DNA from: Elusimicrobiota bacterium
GTDB taxonomy: Bacteria > Elusimicrobiota > Elusimicrobia > Elusimicrobiales > UBA9959
DNA: 64,000 bases
Assembly (NCBI GenBank): GCA_029267355.1
Contig: JAJUJA010000002.1
Coordinates: forward strand, 65,386 to 129,385
Direction of reading: 5' to 3'
Numbering within the stretch: position 1 is the first letter of the stretch; the number at the start of each line of letters is the position of its first letter. The notes under the pieces are model-generated. The model saw nothing but the letters and a program-made list of their open reading frames with translations, made no database searches and was not told where the DNA came from. Made by a program: the position numbers and the translations under genes. Positions 59,400 through 64,000 of this stretch are shown piece after piece.

Positions 59400-60953
59400 A
59401 TGAATAAAGTTCTGCTTATAATAAGAGACGGCTGGGGCATAGGCCGGAAAGACGACAAATACAATGCAGTGGCCGCGGCGCGCAAGCCGAACATAGATTC
59501 CTATCTTAAAAAATATCCCAATACCGTTCTGGAACCTTCAGGCGAAGCTGTGGGTCTGCCGCAGGGTTATCAGGGCTCTTCGGAGGTCGGGCATCTTAAT
59601 ATCGGCGCCGGCAGAATAGTGATTCAGGAGCTTAAAAGAATAAAGGATATGATAGAGGACGGCACTTTCTTTTCAACAGCGGCCATGAAAAATGCTCTTG
59701 ATAATGCCGCAAAGAACGGCACGCTTCATTTGATGGGGCTTGTTCAGGACGAGGGGGTGCACGCTCATCAGGACCATCTTTACGCGATAATAAAGAAAGC
59801 CTGCGAGATGAAGGTTAAAAATATTTATATACATTTTTTTGCCGACGGCAGAGATACGCCTCCAAGAAGCGCCAAGTTATATCTTAAAATGCTTGAGGAT
59901 TTCATAAAGGACAAGCCGCAGGCGAAGGCGGCGACCATAATCGGAAGATATTTCGCCATGGACAGAGGCGAGAAATGGCCTCTTGTTGACAGAAGCTATG
60001 AAGCCATAACTTTGGGCAAGGGGCTTAAGTTTAAAACAGCTTTGGAAGCCATGGATTACGCTTATGAAAATATGAAAAATCCCACGGGCGAGCCTGTCGT
60101 TGACGAATATATAGAACCCTGCATCATAGGCGATTATCCAGGCGTTAAAGACGGCGATTCGGTCATACACTTTAATTTCAGGCAGGACAGAGCCATAGAA
60201 TTAACCAAGGCCTTTATTGAAGACGATTATCCCGGCAAAAGGCATAAAAAATACAATATTGTCTATTGCGGCCTTACCAAATATTACGATTCTTTCGCTT
60301 ACAGCGCCCTCCCGCCTATGAGCGAAAGCGGCAATATGGATAATTTGCTCGGACAGGTTATTTCCGCGGCCGGCTTAAAACAGCTTAGGATTTCTGAGAC
60401 GCAGAAATTCAAGCATGTTACCTCTTTTTTTAACGGCAAGAAAATAGAGCCGGAAAAAGGCGAGGACAGAATAGAGATAAAAGGCAGCTGGGACCCTTCA
60501 TCTTTCGCGCAGCATCCTGAAATGGACGCTTATCCTGTGGCAGACAGATGCGAGAGCGAAATAAAAAGCGGGAAATATCATTTCATTCTGGTTAATTTCG
60601 CAAACGGCGATATGGTCGGCCATACCGGCGATTTCAAGGCGGCCGTGAAAGCGGTTGAGGTGGTTGATGAATGCGCCGGCCGGCTGGTAAAAACCGCGCT
60701 GGAAAACGGCTATACCGTTATGATTTCGGCCGATCATGGAAACAGCGAAGAAATGTGGGATTATAAAATAAATATGCCCAAAACCTCTCACACCACTAAT
60801 CCCGTGGAGTTCATTTTGATAGGGCCGAAATATGAAAAGGCCAAGCTCAGGGAAAGGGGCATACTGGCTGATATAGCTCCGACGGTTCTTGAGGTGATTG
60901 GCTTGGAGAAACCGCGTGAGATGACCGCTCAAAGCCTGATTTTAAAATCCTGA
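59400..60953 (+). CDS. gpmI: 2,3-bisphosphoglycerate-independent phosphoglycerate mutase
   Basis: LIIRDGWG, SSEVGHLNIGAGR, NFANGDMVGHTG and ISADHGNSE. Confidence 0.92.
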   Translation: MNKVLLIIRDGWGIGRKDDKYNAVAAARKPNIDSYLKKYPNTVLEPSGEAVGLPQGYQGSSEVGHLNIGAGRIVIQELKRIKDMIEDGTFFSTAAMKNALDNAAKNGTLHLMGLVQDEGVHAHQDHLYAIIKKACEMKVKNIYIHFFADGRDTPPRSAKLYLKMLEDFIKDKPQAKAATIIGRYFAMDRGEKWPLVDRSYEAITLGKGLKFKTALEAMDYAYENMKNPTGEPVVDEYIEPCIIGDYPGVKDGDSVIHFNFRQDRAIELTKAFIEDDYPGKRHKKYNIVYCGLTKYYDSFAYSALPPMSESGNMDNLLGQVISAAGLKQLRISETQKFKHVTSFFNGKKIEPEKGEDRIEIKGSWDPSSFAQHPEMDAYPVADRCESEIKSGKYHFILVNFANGDMVGHTGDFKAAVKAVEVVDECAGRLVKTALENGYTVMISADHGNSEEMWDYKINMPKTSHTTNPVEFILIGPKYEKAKLRERGILADIAPTVLEVIGLEKPREMTAQSLILKS

Positions 60954-60974
60954 AACCGCGGTATCGGCCGCAGG

Positions 60975-61676
60975 TTAATTGAAACTTACTTTTGTTTCTT
61001 CGGCCAGGAATGAAGGCTTTTCTATGTTTATGCTTTTTGACACAAACTCAAGTTCCGAGTTATCATTTATCCTTAAGCCGTAAAGAACGCCGTTGGCGGC
61101 CATAAGCCAGCGGGTCTTTGCTTTTATTGCCTTATCCTGCGATAAAGAATAGAAAAAATTTCCGTCCCTGTCCTTTCTCAGTGTTATTATCCCTTCTTCT
61201 TCATTCATTGGGGAAAGGTTTCTTAAAAAAGCATAGGTTACCGCATCGCCGAAAGTTATTTTGGGCGAGGCCTCATAAAGTTTTTCCATTAAATCTTTTT
61301 CAGTCAGTTCCACGCCTTCATATCTGGAATACTGAATATAAATCAGGCCGTCCTGCCTGCCTATTACCGCCTTTGTCTGGCCGTAAGAATAAAAAACCTT
61401 GTCATTGAGTTTTTCAAGTTTCCACGCTTTGGCGCCAAAGCCGTTTTTCGGTTTTATGAAAAACCATAAATCCCAGGCCTCATCCGCGCAAAAGGAGGCG
61501 TAAAAACTCTCGTCTCCTAGATTTAAATCCGCGGAAGCCGAATCCCTTTGGGCCAGCAAGTCAAGCAGGGGTGTTGAGGAGATGATCTTTTCCTCATTGT
61601 TTTTAAATTCATAAGAGCCGAAAGGCGCAGAAAAAAGATTTGAAGCTGCAAACAGAAACAATAGAAACATTTTCAT
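60975..61676 (-). CDS. Secreted hypothetical protein
   Basis: Signal peptide MKMFLLFLFAASNLFSA and a 4-nt overlap with the upstream gene. No family recognised. Confidence 0.45.
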   Translation of the reverse strand: MKMFLLFLFAASNLFSAPFGSYEFKNNEEKIISSTPLLDLLAQRDSASADLNLGDESFYASFCADEAWDLWFFIKPKNGFGAKAWKLEKLNDKVFYSYGQTKAVIGRQDGLIYIQYSRYEGVELTEKDLMEKLYEASPKITFGDAVTYAFLRNLSPMNEEEGIITLRKDRDGNFFYSLSQDKAIKAKTRWLMAANGVLYGLRINDNSELEFVSKSINIEKPSFLAEETKVSFN

Positions 61677-62557
61677 GGCTTTCTCCTTAATTTTAAATGA
61701 ACTTTTCTTTCGCCCTTGCCGAAGGAAGAGATAAGAATATCCTCAAAATAAAGGTCAAAGGAATATAGATTGGTGTCAACGGACTGTCCCGGTCTGTATC
61801 CTGGATGCTGTTCAAGGCTTGTAAAAGGATGGGCGAAACCCAGAGAATCTTCGCTTGAGGTAATGAAATTATCCGTGAGGAAAAAAAGATTTTCAAAATT
61901 TTCAAAGGCCTTTTTTATTTCTTCAAAGGAATTGGCGGCGGGGTCAAGTTTCATTATCCTGCCTATCAGTCCCCTGTCTTCCTCATAGAAATAAACGGCT
62001 TCAAGCGGAATGTTCACCGTAAACGGCTCATTTGAATTTTCAAAATGCATTCTTATGGCGTCTCTCACAGCCAGTGCATGGCAGCCTCTGGCTCCGTCAT
62101 AACTGCCGAAAAAACCGCCGGCTATGGTTACGCTTTTTCCCTTCAGCGGCAGGTTATGCTCGCCCCCGGCCGAAAAAAGCTCATAATCCGGCGTTCTGTA
62201 AGAGGGATAAAATTCTTCATAACCCTGCTCGCTCTGGTCGTGTACCAGATATATGACAGTTTTGCCGGCCGCTACATAGGCCTTCACTATTTCGTCAATC
62301 CCCTTTTTTGCCGACATTTCTTCATCAAAAAAAGATGAGGCGTGAACCACTATCAGAGGGTCGTCCTTGAGATTTTCGGGCAGGATATTGACCGGATTTT
62401 TCGGCCTTAAAGGCGAAAAAGACCGGGAAAAAGACGGAATTGGCAATGAAAGCTCTTTTTTCAAAAATTCAGCCGGCAAATTTGGTCTTTCAAATGAAAA
62501 AGCGCTTGAGTAAAAAATAAGGCAAAGCAGTAAAATGCGCATAATAAAATTGTACAA
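61673..62557 (-). CDS. Secreted hypothetical protein
   Basis: Signal peptide (MRILLLCLIFYSSAFS). No family recognised with confidence. Confidence 0.45.
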   Translation of the reverse strand: MYNFIMRILLLCLIFYSSAFSFERPNLPAEFLKKELSLPIPSFSRSFSPLRPKNPVNILPENLKDDPLIVVHASSFFDEEMSAKKGIDEIVKAYVAAGKTVIYLVHDQSEQGYEEFYPSYRTPDYELFSAGGEHNLPLKGKSVTIAGGFFGSYDGARGCHALAVRDAIRMHFENSNEPFTVNIPLEAVYFYEEDRGLIGRIMKLDPAANSFEEIKKAFENFENLFFLTDNFITSSEDSLGFAHPFTSLEQHPGYRPGQSVDTNLYSFDLYFEDILISSFGKGERKVHLKLRRKP

Positions 62558-62641
62558 TTAAGCCGGAAGTCATTTGAGGGCAGAAAGTCCCTTGATCAGA
62601 AGTATTTTGGCCTATTTGCCGGCGGGACCCGGGAGGAATAT

Positions 62642-63814
62642 GTGATTAGAATATTAACGGCAGCTTTATTATCCTGTTCGCTTATATATGCGCAGGATGA
62701 GCTTATACCGGTTGAAAGCGTACCGGCCGAAACCTCTTACGGCTCAAGTTTAACAAAAAGGCCGTCTGAAATCTGGCTTGAAGCTTTAAAGGGCGCTAAA
62801 AAGAGCATAGATATAGAGCAGTTTTACATAGAAAGCGAAAAAGGGGAAAGTCTTGAGCCGATAATAAAAGAAATAAGAAGCAGAGCCAGGGCCGGCGTCA
62901 AGGTCAGAGCTATTTTTGATAAGGCCATGCTTAAAAGCAGCGGCAAATATTTGTTTCTTTTCAAAGAAAAGAATATGTCGTATCGCATCATAGATTTCAA
63001 AAAAGTCGGCGGCGGCGTTCAGCATTCCAAGTTTTTCATAATAGACGGCGGACAGGTTTATATCGGAAGCCAGAATTTTGACTGGCGTTCGCTTTCTCAT
63101 ATAAGGGAATTCGGCTTTTTGATAAAAAGCCGCGCGGCCGCGTCAGATTTCAAAAAGATTTTTGAAGCTGACTGGAAAAACGCCGAAAAACCCAAAAAAG
63201 ATTATTTTTCCAAGGGTAAAATTTCAATATCTTGCGATAAGCCGTTAAAGGCCCTGATGCTTGGTCAGGAGGTTTCTTATTGCCTGGCTTTCTCGCCGGC
63301 CGGCGGAAAGTATCAGAGCGAGATAAAGGAAATGCTTAAAATAATAGATTCGGCAAAAGAAAGCATATCGGCCCAGGTAATGACTTATTCCGATAAGAAG
63401 AATTTTTCTCAGCTTGAGCAGGCCTTTCTGGCTGCCGCCGGAAGAAATGTAAAAGTAAAACTTGTGTTTTCAGACTGGTCCCTGGGGTCAGGTAAAGATT
63501 CGGCCATAAGGCGGCTGGCGGGCAATGAAAACATAGAAGTGAAAATTTCATCCATTCCCGTATTTTCCGGCGGGCATATACCTTTTGCGAGAGTGGAGCA
63601 TTTGAAATATATCACCGCTGACGATAATGTTTTTATGGCCAGCACTTCCAATTGGGGCTATGACTATTTTTATGAAACCAGAGGCGCGGCTGTCATAGTA
63701 AGAGGCGCTGCTGCAGGCCTTCTCGGCAAGGCCCTTTTTGAGCAGTCGTGGAACGGTCCCTATGTTTTTACTTTTGACCCCGCTGTCCGATATGAGGCCA
63801 AAAAGAGAGACTGA
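62642..63814 (+). CDS. Secreted phospholipase D superfamily protein (two HKD motifs)
   Basis: GTG start with a GGGAGG RBS and a signal peptide. The first HKD motif is HSKFFIIDGGQVYIGSQNFDWRS. The second is HLKYITADDNVFMASTSNW. Confidence 0.8.
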   Translation: MIRILTAALLSCSLIYAQDELIPVESVPAETSYGSSLTKRPSEIWLEALKGAKKSIDIEQFYIESEKGESLEPIIKEIRSRARAGVKVRAIFDKAMLKSSGKYLFLFKEKNMSYRIIDFKKVGGGVQHSKFFIIDGGQVYIGSQNFDWRSLSHIREFGFLIKSRAAASDFKKIFEADWKNAEKPKKDYFSKGKISISCDKPLKALMLGQEVSYCLAFSPAGGKYQSEIKEMLKIIDSAKESISAQVMTYSDKKNFSQLEQAFLAAAGRNVKVKLVFSDWSLGSGKDSAIRRLAGNENIEVKISSIPVFSGGHIPFARVEHLKYITADDNVFMASTSNWGYDYFYETRGAAVIVRGAAAGLLGKALFEQSWNGPYVFTFDPAVRYEAKKRD

Positions 63815-63815
63815 T

Positions 63816-64000
63816 TCATTCGCCTATGATCTTTATGAGAATTCTCTTGCGCCTCTGACCGTCAAATTCTCCGTAGAATATACGCTCCCATGGCCCGAAA
63901 TCAAGTTTCCCGCCGGTAACGGCTATGACAACTTCCCGGCCCATTATCGTCCTCTTGAGATGAGCATCGCCGTTATCTTCTCCTGTCAGATTATGATTGT
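63816..64000 (-). CDS. YjbQ/UPF0047 family protein, 5'-truncated by the window edge
   Basis: The reverse strand reads ...[48 protein letters not shown], the typical YjbQ C-terminus. Confidence 0.75.
   Translation of the reverse strand, partial: NHNLTGEDNGDAHLKRTIMGREVVIAVTGGKLDFGPWERIFYGEFDGQRRKRILIKIIGE

Overview
This is a 64-kb chromosomal window, mostly housekeeping, that spans the replication-origin gene set dnaA-dnaN-DUF721-gyrB-gyrA. The host looks like a moderately AT-rich diderm bacterium (KdsC, a TolC-type outer-membrane factor and OMP-like proteins are present). I cannot assign the lineage from sequence alone. About 65 CDS are supportable, plus one RNase P RNA. I saw no tRNA, rRNA, CRISPR array, transposase or integrase. 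The most interesting part is the left 6.4 kb. It is visibly more AT-rich and holds eight tightly packed, co-directional genes. These are three translationally coupled ORFs of unrecognisable family (the first is open to the window edge), then a Vsr / C5-methyltransferase / putative restriction endonuclease operon, then a small ORF overlapping a gene for an apparently undescribed fusion of a HEPN (Rx4H) domain to a gamma-glutamylcyclotransferase (AIG2/GGACT-like) domain. I rank the HEPN-GGCT pair and the three-gene cassette as the best candidates for a novel defence or conflict system. Other notable items are two tandem giant proline-free coiled-coil proteins with a periodic L-x3-Y-E-x-K motif, an RNase P RNA with covarying substitutions in the near-invariant P4 core, and a copper/thiol-redox cluster (DsbA-MauE, 2xYHS protein, Cus/Czc-type RND pump) containing a copZ-like gene interrupted by an in-frame TAA. 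A DnaA-box cluster lies between dnaA and dnaN.
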